From the NCBI RefSeq assembly GCF_001194135.2, contig NC_069003.1, positions 21,420,460 through 21,484,459 of the forward strand: a DNA stretch of 64,000 bases, read 5' to 3'. The notes below the pieces were generated by a model that worked only from the letters and a program-made list of their open reading frames with translations, did not search any database and was not told where the DNA came from. Origin of the DNA: Octopus bimaculoides. Lineage: Eukaryota. Positions 26,005 through 39,888 of this stretch are shown here, piece after piece. The position numbers were made by a program, and so were the translations under genes. The first letter of the stretch is position 1, and each line of letters begins with the position of its first letter.

Positions 26005-26318
26005 AGGCACATGGCTCAGTGGTTAGAGCTTAGAATCATGAGGTTGTGAGTTCAATTCTTGGACTAGTTCTTGAGTAAGACACTTTATTTCATGTTGCTC
26101 TGGTTTAATCAGCTGTAGAAATGAGTTGCACTGCCCTGGTGCCAAGCTATATCAGCCCCTTTGCTTTTCCCTTGGATAACAACAGTGGTGTGGAGAGGGG
26201 TGGGCTGGTATGCATGGGCAACTGTTGGTCTTCCATAAACAACCTTGCCCAGACTTGTGCCTTGGAAGGGAACTTTCTAGGAGCAATCCCATGATCATAC
26301 ATTACTGCAGGGGGTCTT
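26005..26318 (+). mobile_element. Near full-length SINE family E
   Basis: TGGCTCAGTGGTTAGAG A-box, GAGTTCAATTC B-box, TTCTTGAGTAAGACACTTTATTT and CCCTTGGATAAC. Further partial copies at ~50225, ~58825 and ~62515. Confidence 0.85.
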
Positions 26319-28914
26319 AGAGAAGTGTCTGTGTGTGTTTCAGAGAATGATGTTCCTGTAGTGATTGTTGTTGTTTACGAGCAGTTTAACCCAAAATTAA
26401 GTGTGACCAATGAGCCCATCCCATATTAAGATGATAAAGCGTGAGTTGAAGGAGAATTGTTTATTAAATCTAGCAGGTCAAGTAAAACCTCTCTACATAG
26501 GCTTAATGTAATAATGTTTTCACTCCCTACCAGCCAGTGGACATTGAAGAAATTGAGATGAAATGGCACCAAACAGTAACCGAAATCAAGATGAAGGTTC
26601 AACTTTGGAGGAATTTCCCACTGTTATCTTCAAGGGAAGTTGCAGTTGATTAAATCAATACAAAAACATAACGTATTTATTTTATTAGCCCTAGAAAAAT
26701 GAAAGACAATACTGACTTTAGCAGAACTTGAACTCACTTGTTTCAGTCATTAGACTGTGGCCATGCTGGAGCAGCCCAACACTTGTTTTTACAAGTCTTA
26801 TACTATCAGTCTCTTTTACTGAAATGCTACATTATGGGAATGTAAACACACCCACACCAATTCCCAAATGGCAGCGAGGGGTAAACAGAAGGGGACACAC
26901 ACACACATACATTCCATATTTTAATGAGTATAAGGAACCCATTTTTGTCAAAAATTAGATTAAAAAATATGGGAGCTTGTTATACACGGATAGTATTATA
27001 ATCCCTCACAAATCCTTTTTTCCAAATTTTAAGCCCCAAAAATTAGGGGGTTCATTATACATTTAAAAAATACAGTATATATGATGGGCTTTTTTCAGCT
27101 TCTGCCTTCCAAATCCACTCACAAGGCTTTGGTTGGTCTTAGGCTGTAGTAGAAGACATTTGTCCAGAGTGCTATGCAGTGGGAACTGAACCTGGAACCA
27201 TGCTGTTCAGGAGCAAACTTCTTACCCTACAGTCATACCTCTACATATATGACACATTCATGTATAAAGACAAACAATAACAGGTGAAGAGAATGTATTC
27301 ATCTAAAAGGTTACATCTCCAATTTATTTGATGTAATCAGTAATTTCCTTTCAAATTTTGGCACAAGGCCAGCAATTTCAGGGGAGGGGTAAGTCAATTA
27401 CATCAATCTTAGTGCTAAACTGGTACTTATTTGATCGACCCTAAATGGATGAAAGGCAAAGTTGACCTTGGTGGAATTTGAACTCAGAATGTAAAGACTG
27501 GTGAAATGCTGCTAAGTATTTTGCTCGGCATGCTAAAAAGTCCGCATGCTTACCACCTTAATCTAATCAAGTTATCTGGGGAAAATGCATGGCCTAGTGG
27601 TCAGGGTGTTGCACTCACAATAAGGTCACAGGTCGTAGTGGTTGGCATTAGGAAGGGCATCTAGCCATAGAAACCATGCCAAATCAGACTGGAGTCTGGT
27701 GCAGCTCCTCAGCTTACCACCAATGGTTAAACTGACCAACCCAGACCACCATGGACAATGAATGTTAAATGCTGATGATGATGATGATGAAACATCAAAT
27801 GGCTATCAGGGTCCACCCAAGTAAAATAGGAATCAAAGGGGTCCATAGGCAGAAAATGGTTGAGAATCCCTGCTCTAACCCATCACTTTATCATTTCGAC
27901 AGCATTTCAGGTGCATGCCTCCATGCACATGTATTTGTCTGCATGTATGTATACACACATGTATTTTAGTCAAAGTATATCTACCAAAAGCAATACTTAT
28001 TTTCTTGAAGTCTTTTTAAATCCCTAAAACAGATTTCATATTTGAAAAAACAAATTAATTTTGCCTTTGTGTGTGTTTAGTTGTTTATTGTGTTTGTGGT
28101 TGGTTTATTTCAATAAGAAAAATTCAATATATTAAAGGAAAAGAAAATGTTTAATTTAAAAAGATAAAAAAAAATATGAATCAAGCTTCAACAGTGTTTC
28201 TCACCAATGTATGTGTGAGATTTTCTCCTTAATTAAATCTGTGAAATTCGTGACTTAATTAATATATAATTTCAACTTCACAACTTCTGTTGAGAAATCA
28301 AGGAGGAGGAGGAGGAGGAAGAAGAAGATGGTAAAAAGAAAGAAAGAAAAACAAAATCTGTAGCAGGAAGAAACAAAATGTGGTAGCAGGAGGAGGAGGA
28401 GATTGAAGAAGAAGAAAAAAGAAGAACAGAAAATGAAGAATAAAACAAAGAAGAATGTGAAGAAGAGAAGAGAGTTAAAGTGAAGAAAAAAACAAAAGAA
28501 GAGAAAAAGGTGAACAAACAACAAATAAAGTAAAAATTATAAAAAAAGTAAATCCATGAGAAGAGAATTTCAATTATTTCCTTCCACAAAAAAAAAATTC
28601 TAATAATAATAATAATAATTTGTCCTTCCCCACCATTATTCAATGAAGAAACATCATTTAGTTGGTGCTGAGACCACCCAAAGAATAATGTTGTTGTTGT
28701 TGTAGGTGGGGTGTTGGTGGAGGTAGTGGTGGTGCTGTGTGGCTGTCATTAACTAATATTGTTGGTGATATTTGGTGATAACACTAGCAAATATTTAATC
28801 AATAAATGGTTGTCAACTAATCGATCACAACTATCGATACCTCTCGTTTGCAACGTCATAGACCATCACAAACAAACTCTTTCACGAATAACATTCAAAA
28901 GATAAACAAATATA

Positions 28915-29079
28915 GGCACAGGCATGGCTATGTGGTAAGAAGCTTGCTTCTCAAGCACAAGATTCCGGGTTCAGTCTCACTGCATGGCACCTCGAGCAAA
29001 TGTCTTCTGCTATAGCCTCAAGTAGGCCGAAGACTTGTGAGCGGATTTGGTAGACAGAAACTGAAAGAAGACCGTGATA

Positions 29080-29119
<40 letters not shown>

Positions 29120-29325
29120 TCCCCCACCACCACTTGACAATGGGTGATGGTGTGTTTATGTTCCTCTAACTTAATGGTTTGGCAAAACAGATCAATAGAA
29201 TAAATATGAGGCTTAAAGAAAAAATAAATAAGCACTGAGGTAGATTCATCTGGCTAAAAGTTTTTCAAGGAGGTGCCCCAGTATGGCCACAATCTAATGA
29301 CTGAAAAACAAGTAGAAAGATAAAG
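28915..29325 (+). mobile_element. Full-length SINE family A
   Basis: Collinear with the 9098 copy. Confidence 0.85.
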
Positions 29326-30189
29326 AAATAAACAAAAACAAAAATCTACCCCCCCCCCCCCCCCCCCCCCACCAACCTAAACAGCAAAACCTTGGAGTGA
29401 GGACATGATGTGTATGAATAGTTTGGGGCGGAGTGCAATCAGCAGATTTATTTGCCAAAAATGACAGAAGTAAGTAAACCTACAACTCTAATGGCACAGT
29501 CTTCAGCAATACAACAGTACTGATAATGAATCAGTAGTCACTGAGACAGCTAAAAATAGCTGCTAAATCTCTCTCAAATCACACCCTACTTCTGATGTAT
29601 AAAGTGACACATTGGTTACAGTTGAAGTGCATTCAATTATAAAAACGTCAACTTGGTGAAGGCTGATCTTGGTTAAACCACAAAATATGGATGGACATAC
29701 ACACCCAGTTTTCACAAAACTCATTCATTCATTTGTTCATACATACATATATACATCCATCCATCCATACAATCATTTATTTGGGCACTTATCATAGAAT
29801 ATGACAGGCTATATGTTTAAAATAGGGCTGCAGCACCTCAGATCTCTGATCATGGGTCTGCTTGGCCTGGAATGATCTGAGATGGGCTTGGGCTATACAA
29901 CAATGATAATTTATGAGGGTTAATTTCATAGGTGAACTTTTACTGGCTTATAAATGGACAATAACAACAAGAGCACTCAGAGAGTGTAAACCTCTGCCAT
30001 GGCAACATCAGTGTCCTCTCAACGATTAGCTGGAGATGATTTTTAAAATAAGAATATTTGAAATAAACTCAACTGCTCTCACAAACAAGAATACTAAAAG
30101 TGAACCTGGCTGCTCTCGGCAGTGAAGTGAAAGCACGCTATAAAATTAAAACTACTGAATAATAATAATGCTGATAATGATGATGATAA

Positions 30190-30385
30190 TTACCTATCCT
30201 GTTTGTACATCAGAAATTATGCTAGCATAATAACAACCAACATAAACTATGTTGCATAAACAAAAGTACCACAAAGCATGACAAATCAACCATAGGCCAG
30301 AATACAGCAATCTATAGAAAGACAAAGTCAAGGCTAATCAGCTAGATACTGTTATCATGGATCACCAGAAAAGGAAGTACTGACT
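30190..30385 (+). mobile_element. R4/Dong-like RLE fragment
   Basis: DKVKANQLDTVIMDHQKRK resembles the 'ANRPDIVI.D..KK' catalytic PD segment of RLE domains. Follows an (AAT/GAT)n tract. Confidence 0.5.
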
Positions 30386-32039
30386 TGTACCGACTCTTCT
30401 TTTAAAAAAAAAAAAAAATTAAAAATATAAAAATGGAGTAATTATTATCTAAATGTAAAGATCCAGAAATAGAGCCAACTGGAATGTTGGGTCTGAAAAC
30501 AGAAAACAATCCTTATAATAATAATAGGTGCTTTGGGAGGTGATAGCCCAAAACCTCCAGGGCTTACAAATATACACAACAGAGAGAAAAACAACACTAT
30601 TAGTTCTGTACACATATTACATGGAGTGCTTTTAATACAAGAAAAACACACAGAATCAAAACAAAATACTACACATGCACAAAAGCCGTGTGTCAGTTGT
30701 TCTGTGAAAGCATGCAATAAAAATAAGACTACTAGGAGGCTAAAAAAACAAAAAAAAAACAAATAAAACCCAATAACAAAATTGATAACTGGAAAATAAG
30801 CTATAGCTGTTGTAATTTATTGTTATTTTAGATCTGAAATATTTCATAAAAAAAAAAAAATCAATCGTAATTCAATTTTATGACCTAGTCAGTTCCTACA
30901 TAGAATTTTAACATCTTTCCTCTTTCTCCCTCTCACACACATATACACACATGCATTTAATACAAATCGACTTCTAAAAGTCAATTTATTGTATTCATTT
31001 CTATATTTTGTTTTCATTTTCTTTCAGATTCATCAACTCTAGATATAACAACAGCCACACACACACACACATAATTTTGTTTTATTTTTTTTAGTAATTC
31101 CGTTATAGGAAAATCTTTATTGACTTAAATATTAATATTTATTCATGCTAGCATGTTATGTATGTATGTATATACATATATGTTATATGTTATGTATATA
31201 TATATGCATGCATTCATATATTTCCAAATGTTTTTTTCTAAGCATTCAAGTCGGTCACTGACAAAGTGACAAGGCTTTTGCCTTTGAACAAAAAGATGGT
31301 TCCAGAGATTTGAGAACGCCTAAGTAGATTAAAGCATGCATATACATGCATGTGTATGTGCTTGTTTGTGTGTGTGTATGCATGATTATTTGTGTGTGTA
31401 TGTCTATATGTGTATGAGACTTGAAAGACAGGCACTGTGCAACTGTTCAGGGCCAACATGATATATTGAACGAATAACTTGCTAGTAATAATAATAATGA
31501 TGATGATGATGATGATAATAATAACTATGTTGATGATGAAAATATCAATAATAATAACAACAACAACGATGATGATGATGAAGATAACAATGATGATAAT
31601 AATAATAATAATAATAATAATAATAGTAATCAAATGAATAACCAATCAACAAACAAAACAAACCAAAACAAAAAAGCTATAATTGCATATAGTTATAAAG
31701 TTATAGCAGTCACACATGGAAATGATGGACAGGTGGTTATTTCTACCTCAACCTTTCTCTTTTTTTTTTCTTTTTTTTTGAGTTTGCATTTTAAACCCTA
31801 CTTGGAAAGATGAAGGGAATGTTGTTGTTGTTTTTTTATGATGGAGTAAGGGGGTAAGGGGAGGAGGGGACAGAGAGAAGGAAAGGAAGAGGAAGTGAAT
31901 GTAGAGAGGGTCTCAGGTAAAAGAACAGGAAAGAAATAACGAGTTGGAATAGGGAGGTGATAGTATGAATGTACCTAAGTACATGTAATGTTTATGTAGG
32001 TGTGTGTGTGTACTTATGTGTGTGCATGTGTGTATGTAT

Positions 32040-32310
32040 GTGTAAGCATGTGATTTTGTATTTGCACATGGGTGCCTGTATACAGGTATGCATAGTATTT
32101 GTGCAGTGCGTATATGTGTATGCATACATGCACATGTGCATGCATCCATGTGTGTGTGTGTGTGATTGTGTATTTGCACATGGGTGCTTGTATACAGGTA
32201 TGCATAGTATTTGTGCAGTGCGTATATGTGTATGCATACATGCACATGTGCATGCATCTGTGTGGGTGTGATTGTGTATTTGCACATGGGTGCTTGTATA
32301 CAGGCGTGCA
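32040..32310. repeat. ~110-bp tandem repeat (2-3 copies) of RY-rich sequence
   Basis: GTATTTGCACATGGGTGC(C/T)TGTATACAGG recurs at ~32058, ~32170 and ~32276. Confidence 0.85.
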
Positions 32311-32545
32311 GTATGTGTATACATATAGTGTTTGTGTGTGGTGTGTATGCATATACGTGTACATGCCTGTGCATGTACATGTTATTTCCCATTGCAGAAT
32401 TCCAGCTGTTTATGTAGGTGTGTGTGTGTACTTATGTGTGTGCATGTGTGTATGTATGTGTAAGCATGTGATTTTGTATTTGCACATGGGTGCCTGTTTT
32501 GGTTTGTTTTGTTTGTTGATTGGTTATTCATTTGATTACTATTAC

Positions 32546-32602
<57 letters not shown>

Positions 32603-32799
32603 CATCATCATTGTTATCTTCATCATCATCATCATCATTGTTGTTGTTGTTATTATTATTGATATTTTCATCATCAACATAGTTATTATTATCATCATCA
32701 TCATCATCATTATTATTATTACTAGCAANNNNNNNNNNNNNNNNNNNNNNNNNNNCATATTTCAGTGCATGAACCTCAAATGGAGAATCCCTGGAATGC

Positions 32800-33062
32800 A
32801 TCATCATCATCATCGTTTAACGTCCGCTTTCCATGCTAGCATGGGTTGGACGATTTGACTGAGGACTGGTGAAACCAGATGGCTACATCAGGCTCTAATC
32901 TGATTTGGCAGAGTTTCTACAGCTGGATGCCCTTCCTAACGCCAACCACTCCGAGAGTGTAGTGGGTGCTTTTATGTGCCACCGGCACGAAGGCCAGTCA
33001 GGCGGTACTGACAACGGACACGCTCAAAATAGTGTATTTTACATGCCACCTGCACAGGAGCC
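32800..33062 (-). mobile_element. RTE LINE 3' UTR
   Basis: (CAT)nCGTTTAACGTCCGCTTTCCATGCTAGCATGGGTTGG...GGATGCCCTTCCTAACGCCAACC. Confidence 0.85.
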
Positions 33063-33689
33063 ATACATGTAGATATGTACATATCGATACTATTATGTTA
33101 AATTTGGCCAAATGAATTTTTTTCAATACTTTTCTTGCAATAGCTGGTTGTTTTGGTTAAACTATCGTATCTCCAACTGCTTCAGGTGCCAAAATATCAA
33201 AAATTCTCAAAGTATAGTACAACGGTTTTGCTATGGAATGGTGAAACTATTTTTTTCGTTTTCTGAAAAATCAACGTTTTGGACTTATGACACTTTTGCA
33301 TTATAGTAACAGTATATATATGCATGTATATAAGTAGCATATTAGCAGAGTTAACAGAGCATCAGATAAAGTGCTTTGTGGTATTTAATCTGGCTCTGAG
33401 CTCTAAATTCCAAAGAGATTGATAGAATAAGTTACTAGACTTTAAAAAAAAAAAAAAGTACTGAGGTTGATTTGTTTAACTAAACCCTTCATAGCAGAGC
33501 CCCTGTATGGCTACAGTCCAATGACTGAAGCAAGCAAAAGAATATACATGATAGCCTTTGGGCAGTTTTTGCTGCCTAAATTCACTCAGAAGGCATTGGT
33601 CAGCCTGAAACTGTAGTACAAGACACATACCTGAAAACAACACTGGATTAACGATTTAGTAAAATAAGCAATGCTTAGAACATCAAGGG

Positions 33690-34220
33690 AGCAGAGCACT
33701 ACAGAAATAGTAAATGGTTTATGGCACAAAAGAAATCCTTTTAAATTTGCTAAAATAATATTAGGGATGCCTTATCTCTACTAAGTACAGAAGTGGATGT
33801 GTTACGTAAGATTAAATTTGAGGGTTTGATCAAAGACATTGCAATTAAAAAAAAAGTAGGAGAAAACTTTTCAAATATAAATAAAGTGGAAGTATACAAA
33901 AATAAACATTATTTTTCTTTAAACTTGCTAAAATATTCAAAGTGGTTTATATGATCGGAAATGTAATTTCAAAGTGCTCATGGTGTCATAGTGAGGATCT
34001 GATCAAAGACTTTGCAATTAAAAAAGGTAAGAGAAAATTTTTCAAATAAAAATAAAGTGGAAGTATACAAAAACAAACAAAAAAAAAATTTATTTTACTG
34101 TTAGTTTTGTTTCATTTTGGAAAATAAAAATATATTTTACGGTTTATATTTTGAATTACATGTAAATGTGGGCACCAAAATCTTTTAAGTGCTTAGGGCC
34201 TCAATGGGTCTTAACCCTTT
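33690..34220 (+). mobile_element. 3' end of a hAT-type DNA transposon with an internal ~80-bp duplication
   Basis: ALSLLSTEVDVLRKIKFEGLIKDIAIKK..RRKLF resembles the end of the hAT dimerisation domain. GATCAAAGAC..GCAATTAAAAAA...GTGGAAGTATACAAAAA occurs at ~33828 and ~34001. Confidence 0.6.
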
Positions 34221-35218
34221 AAGGTCAGCTGTGGCTTATTGATACAACATGCTTTCTTCTGCAGAGGACAGGTGTAGCTTATTAACACACTGCTAACTTG
34301 TGAAGAAGACGGGTGTGGTATATAAGCCACATTTGTGTTATAAGCTATTTGACCGATTATCCTCTTGTATTTCCCCCCACCCTTTTTTTTGAATGCCGCA
34401 CAAAAAGACTTGCTATTTATACTCAACCTTAAAGGGTTAATTTGGCCATGCCTGTGGAGCCATGCAGTGTAACCAAACTGAGAACCATATGGTTACACCG
34501 CAAACTTTATGAACCACTCAGCCAAACCTTCACCAACAAACTGGGTTAATATTGTAGGGAAGGATATTAAATCCTAGTTCAAAGTATTTAATATATATTT
34601 AAACCATTTTATATATTTACTTATAAAAGATGTATGGAAGGACAAAGAGTAGGTAAATATATGAAAAAGCTGAATCAAATTAATTAATAAAATAATTAAT
34701 ATCATATAGTCATTAATAAATTACTGGTAGGCTTGGTGTAGTTTGGGTTAGGGTAGTAATAATAAAATAAAGATTTAGATTAAGTTAAAAACCACATGAA
34801 AGAATAAAGGCTTATTAAGAAATCTTATTTTAAGAAAACAAAGAGATTCTGAAGATATTAGTAAAAGGAAGCTATTTAGAAATAATTAAATTAATTGAAC
34901 AAAATACTTAAGAGAGAGTTAATTAGTCGGGATAAATATGGTTGGTTAAAAAGTATCAAAGGAATTTAGACATGAAATAGCTGTGTAGACGGTTACCTAA
35001 GAGAATGAAAGGTAGAGAGAAAGAGGTATAACAGAATTACAAAGATTGGAAAAAAAAAAATCAAATTTTAAATTAACAGGTATTTCGATGCTTTGATCTT
35101 TGAGAAGGTTAAGTAAATAAATAAATAAATAAATGATAATCATAATAATATAGAAAAGGTATAAGCTTAACGATAAACATAACGATGAGAGGAAAGATAT
35201 TAAATTGATAAAATCGAG

Positions 35219-35260
<42 letters not shown>

Positions 35261-35283
35261 CACACACATATATACACATACAT

Positions 35284-35332
<49 letters not shown>

Positions 35333-35355
35333 CACACACATATATACACATACAT

Positions 35356-35400
<45 letters not shown>

Positions 35401-36722
35401 TAACATGGAATGTATGTTTCCACTTCATGTATTTGTATATGTGTATACACTTGTGTGTGTGTTTATAAGTATGTACATTTATGCATATATACAATAGTGT
35501 ATGTATATGTTTGAGTATACATGCTTGTGGCATTAGTACGTGTCTATATTCAGGTATGTTTCTATGAAAGAAGGTACAGTGTATGTGTGTGTATGTGAGA
35601 AGAGAGAAGGCACATACACATGTGAGCATGTGTATATGTGTGGCGATAAAATGCCACAGCAACCCATCTTTCTCTCTCACCAAGTTGCTGCTTCTCTCTT
35701 CTGACTGACATTAAAAGAAAATCAATGGAACAGGAAGAAATAAAGAGAGAAAAGCTTGAAGATGGAGAGGCAGTGGAGATGATGATGATAGTGATGATGA
35801 TAATGATGGCGATGATGATAACAGTGGTGGTGATGATGGTGATGATGATAATGGTGGTGGTGGTGGTGATGAAGATGATGAGATGGTGATGAAACTGTTA
35901 GTGACTGTATGTAATAAAGAATGTCTGTGCAAGTATTATAAGTGTATGTATGTGTATGCATGTGTGTGTGTGTGTGTGTGTGAGCACGTGTACTTGTACA
36001 TGTGCATTTGGGTGTTTGGTTGTATGTGTACAAGTATCTGTATAGGGCATGTAATTGTGTTTATATATCTATATGTGCATGGGTATTGGTACATGTGTAT
36101 AGGTATCTGCATATGTGTATCTAAATATGGGTGTGCATGTTTATAAGATTGTGCATTCATATGCTTTTATCTATGTGTATGTATCTCTCTCTCTCATATA
36201 TATATATATATATGTGCATTTATGGATACCTATATATGTGCAAGTGTGGGCATGTATGTATATTAATGTATAAGTATGTAGTATGTGCATATACATATAT
36301 ATGCACATATACAGATACCTCTCTCTCTCTCTATATATATATATATATGCACATATACAGATACCTATATANNNNNNNNNNNNNNNNNNNNNNNNNNNNN
36401 NNNNNNNNNNNNNNNNNNNNNNNNNNNNNNNNNNNNNNNNNNNNNNNNNNNNNNNNNNNNNNNNNNNNNNNNNNNNNNNNNNNNNNNNNNNNNNNNNNNN
36501 NNNNNNNNNNNNNNNNNNNNNNNNNNNNNNNNNNNNNNNNNNNNNNNNNNNNNNNNNNNNNNNNNNNNNNNNNNNNNNNNNNNNNNNNNNNNNNNNNNNN
36601 NNNNNNNNNNNNNNNNNNNNNNNNNNNNNNNNNNNNNNNNNNNNNNNNNNNNNNNNNNNNNNNNNNNNNNNNNNNNNNNNNNNNNNNNNNNNNNNNNNNN
36701 NNNNNNNNNNNNNNNNNNNNNN

Positions 36723-36763
<41 letters not shown>

Positions 36764-36780
36764 CATACATATACATACAT

Positions 36781-36827
<47 letters not shown>

Positions 36828-37000
36828 TAGAGAGCTCCATTACTGCTATCATTTGGAAATCAATCTCCACTCAATATAGATATTAATAACAAAAACAGGA
36901 ACAGAAGCCACAAAAGGTGCAACTGATAGGAGGATGTGATACCCGAGTTGGCACACACACACACACACACACAAAGACAATAATAAAGGAACCACTACAC

Positions 37001-37255
37001 CAGTGTTTCTCAACCACTTTTTAATTATAGACCCCCCTCTGATACCTATTTTACTCAGTAGACCCTTCAAGCTATTCAATGTTTAAAAGGTCAGATTATA
37101 TTTTGAGAATTAAATGTTAGAAATTGCATTAAAAATTTGTTGTTCAAATATCTTGTGTTTTGTAGAAGTATAACCAATGTATTTCAATTAAATTTTCACA
37201 ATGAAATCTTACATGGACCTCCAAGGGCCATATGGACCCTTGATGAGAATCACTG
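37001..37255. mobile_element. hAT-like MITE
   Basis: Termini CAGTGTTTCTCAACC / GATGAGAATCACTG. Related copies at ~39527-39810 (opposite orientation) and ~27800-27875 (partial). Confidence 0.7.
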
Positions 37256-37610
37256 CACATAGTTGCTCAGCCCTTGGTCAGCAGCTTTGACTGAGTAAAA
37301 TCTATGATCATAGACAGTCTAACCATGCCACTCCAGTTGTTCAGTTTCAGCTAGTTTATATACCAAGCTCTCGTTATCCAATAGAGATTTCATTTTTTAA
37401 AAATATGACAAGGTATATTTAGAGGGAGATTTGGCTGCTATTTTTAGCAAGGACAAGCAAAAATTCCCTCAATGACATGCCTCTGCTTGGTCGTTCTTCT
37501 GGCTACAAACATTGGCTAAAAATCTCTCTAAAAACACAACCTAAGATCTTTAAGAAAAAGAAGGACATTTTGGATAATGTAATCCTAAATACGCTAATGT
37601 AGTTGCAGGT

Positions 37611-37782
37611 AGGCACAGGAGTGGCTGTGTGGTAAGTAGCTTGCTTACCAACTGCATGGTTCCGGGTTCATTCCCACTGCATGGCACCTTGGGCAAGTGT
37701 CTTCTACTATAGCCTCGGGCCGACCAAAGCCTTGTGAGTGGATTTGGTAGACAGAAACTGAAAGAAGCCCTTCGTATATATG

Positions 37783-37813
<31 letters not shown>

Positions 37814-38030
37814 GTATGTGTTTGTGTGTCTGTGTTTGTCTCCCAACATCGCTTGACAACTGATGCTAGTGTGTCTACGTCCCCATAACTTAGCGGTTCA
37901 GCAAAAGAGACCGATAGAATAAGCACTAGGCTTACAAAGAATAAGTCCTGGGGTCAATCTGCTCGACTAAAGGTGGTGCTCCAGCATGGCCACAGTCAAA
38001 TGACTGAAACAAGTAAAAGAGAGTAAAGAG
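37611..38030 (+). mobile_element. Full-length, low-divergence SINE family A
   Basis: Collinear with the 9098 copy including the (GAGTAAA)n tail. Confidence 0.92.
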
Positions 38031-38231
38031 TAGGTCTGAAAAGTTATGTTGGGCACGGCTGGCACAAGTTTGATCATAGATCTATACAATTAAGGCTGAC
38101 TTGGGGCTAAGCATCAACAACAGTATCACACATATTTGTGTCTTCTTCATTTGTATGACCACCCTGTGCTTAAGAGGACTGGTTTGTATTCTCTAGTGAA
38201 AATCCCAAATCAAGTACAGACTGTTTGTTAA

Positions 38232-38442
38232 CTCTTTAGTATTTAAACTGGCCATATCTAGCCTAAATATCTGTTTTACGTTCAAACCAACCAGATCCTG
38301 CCTCTCACACCCACCCTACAATGTTACTCTAAAAATAAGCAATCACATCATTGAAATCTCAAAGCTATGAGATAAGACATGATTAATTGAAAGCAGTATG
38401 AATAAGTATTACATTTGACAGAGTAATCCAAATATTAAAGGG
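38232..38442. mobile_element. TTAA-MITE family B
   Basis: TTAA|CTCTTTAG ... TAAAGGG|TTAA. Confidence 0.8.
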
Positions 38443-38819
38443 TTAAGGAAGTCACCAAGGGTCAATTTGGTGATCCCATGGAGTAGGAAAGAATTAGATT
38501 TATATTGCAACATCATCACACAACAACGGGCCTCCCCTCCTCTTTCTATCAGTTCCATCCTTCTGGTTAGGTTGGGAAACAGTTATCCAGGATTAGAAAC
38601 TGAAAGTCAAAGAGGGAGCTGCTATGTGGTCACATGATCTACTAGAACTAGCAGGCAAATCTCCTTCCCTCCCCACTCCAAAAATATGGAAGGACATAAT
38701 GTAATCCAGGACAAAAGCTGATTATAGATAATCAAATTAAACAAAAAAAATGAAAATCTTACATGCCTAATATTATATCCCCTTTTCTTATACATAAATA
38801 AATATACATGTGTGTATGC

Positions 38820-38922
38820 AGGTAACTCTTGACATAAACACCAACACTAGTTGTCAAATGATGGTGGGAAACAAACACAGAGACACACACACATCTACAC
38901 ACACACACACACACACACATAT

Positions 38923-38975
<53 letters not shown>

Positions 38976-39150
38976 CATACATACACACACACACACAATG
39001 GGCTTCTTTCAGTTTCCATCTACCAAATTCACTCACAAGGCTTTGGTCAGCCTGAGGCTACAGTAGAAGACTAGCCTACGGAGCCATGCAGTCAGACTGA
39101 ACCTGGAGCCATGTAGTTGGGAAGCAAGCTTCTTACCACACAGCCAATAT
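38820..39150 (-). mobile_element. SINE family A
   Basis: Reverse-complement head (CTTCTTACCACACAGCC) and body (GGCTTCTTTCAGTTTCC...CTCACAAGGCTTTGG). Confidence 0.8.
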
Positions 39151-39526
39151 GTATGATTATATAATACCAAGTGGCAAAAAATGCCGTCATAGATCCATTA
39201 CACTGTTGAAAGAGAGCAGAGATATACTAAACCTTTTCTCAGTCAAGCCATGCCCACAATATTTATTTATGTTGCCCTTGGTTACACAATATCAATGAAA
39301 TAAACCACCCATCAAAAATTTGATAACCAAGTAAACATTTACTTTTAATTATAAATAGTGTGACTGTGAGAAACTCCTGGTCAATATGGTAACAGCTTTT
39401 CTTTAAACTATACAAATGTAACGATGGTTCGTTAGAGATTTTGTATGGCCTACTTTGTTCATCAGTGGAGTAGATTATAAATGATAAGGTCATAAATATA
39501 TAACAAAACACATTGATGCCTTAGAA

Positions 39527-39810
39527 AAACGGTTCTCAACCAGGGTTCATATGGCCTTTGAGGGTCCACATAAGATTTTTTCTTGTAAAAATTTACATGC
39601 AATAAATTACTTATTGCTTATAAATACATAAAATATTTACTAAAATACATAAAATATTTTTTATTTCTTTTTTATACAGTTCCTAATAATATTTACTTGT
39701 ACAAAACAGCAAGATGTTTTTTTATATACAGTGAATGGCTATGGGGGTCCAGTAGAGTAAAATAGGGATCAAAGGGGACCCTAAGCAAAAATGATTGAGA
39801 ACCTCTACCA
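39527..39810. mobile_element. hAT-like MITE (same family as 37001)
   Basis: CGGTTCTCAACC ... GATTGAGAACC termini; shared GGGTCCA..AGTAAAATAGG body. Confidence 0.65.
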
Positions 39811-39857
39811 TACAACAATATTATCAAATGTAACAATGATGAAAGAGAGAGAAAGTA

Positions 39858-39888
<31 letters not shown>

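Noticed and set aside
31479-32728. Apparent 1.2-kb hairpin: 31479-31670 inverted at 32495-32728, plus direct duplication of ~31990-32080 at ~32408-32497
   Set aside because: The second copies are fused by a TGT microhomology, end exactly at an N-gap and differ mainly in microsatellite length. This fits a chimeric or alternative-haplotype contig end. Long reads spanning both copies would reverse this call.
34620-35200. AT-rich block resembling a mitochondrial insertion (NUMT)
   Set aside because: No recognisable mitochondrial protein, rRNA or tRNA motif in any frame I could read; left unassigned.
35220-35400. ~76-bp tandem duplication of TA/CA compound repeat
   Set aside because: Low-complexity slippage or assembly effect; nothing specific.
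39410-39470. CTGATGA on the minus strand as a hammerhead
   Set aside because: Followed by GAAC rather than GAAA, with no stem I or stem II pairing.
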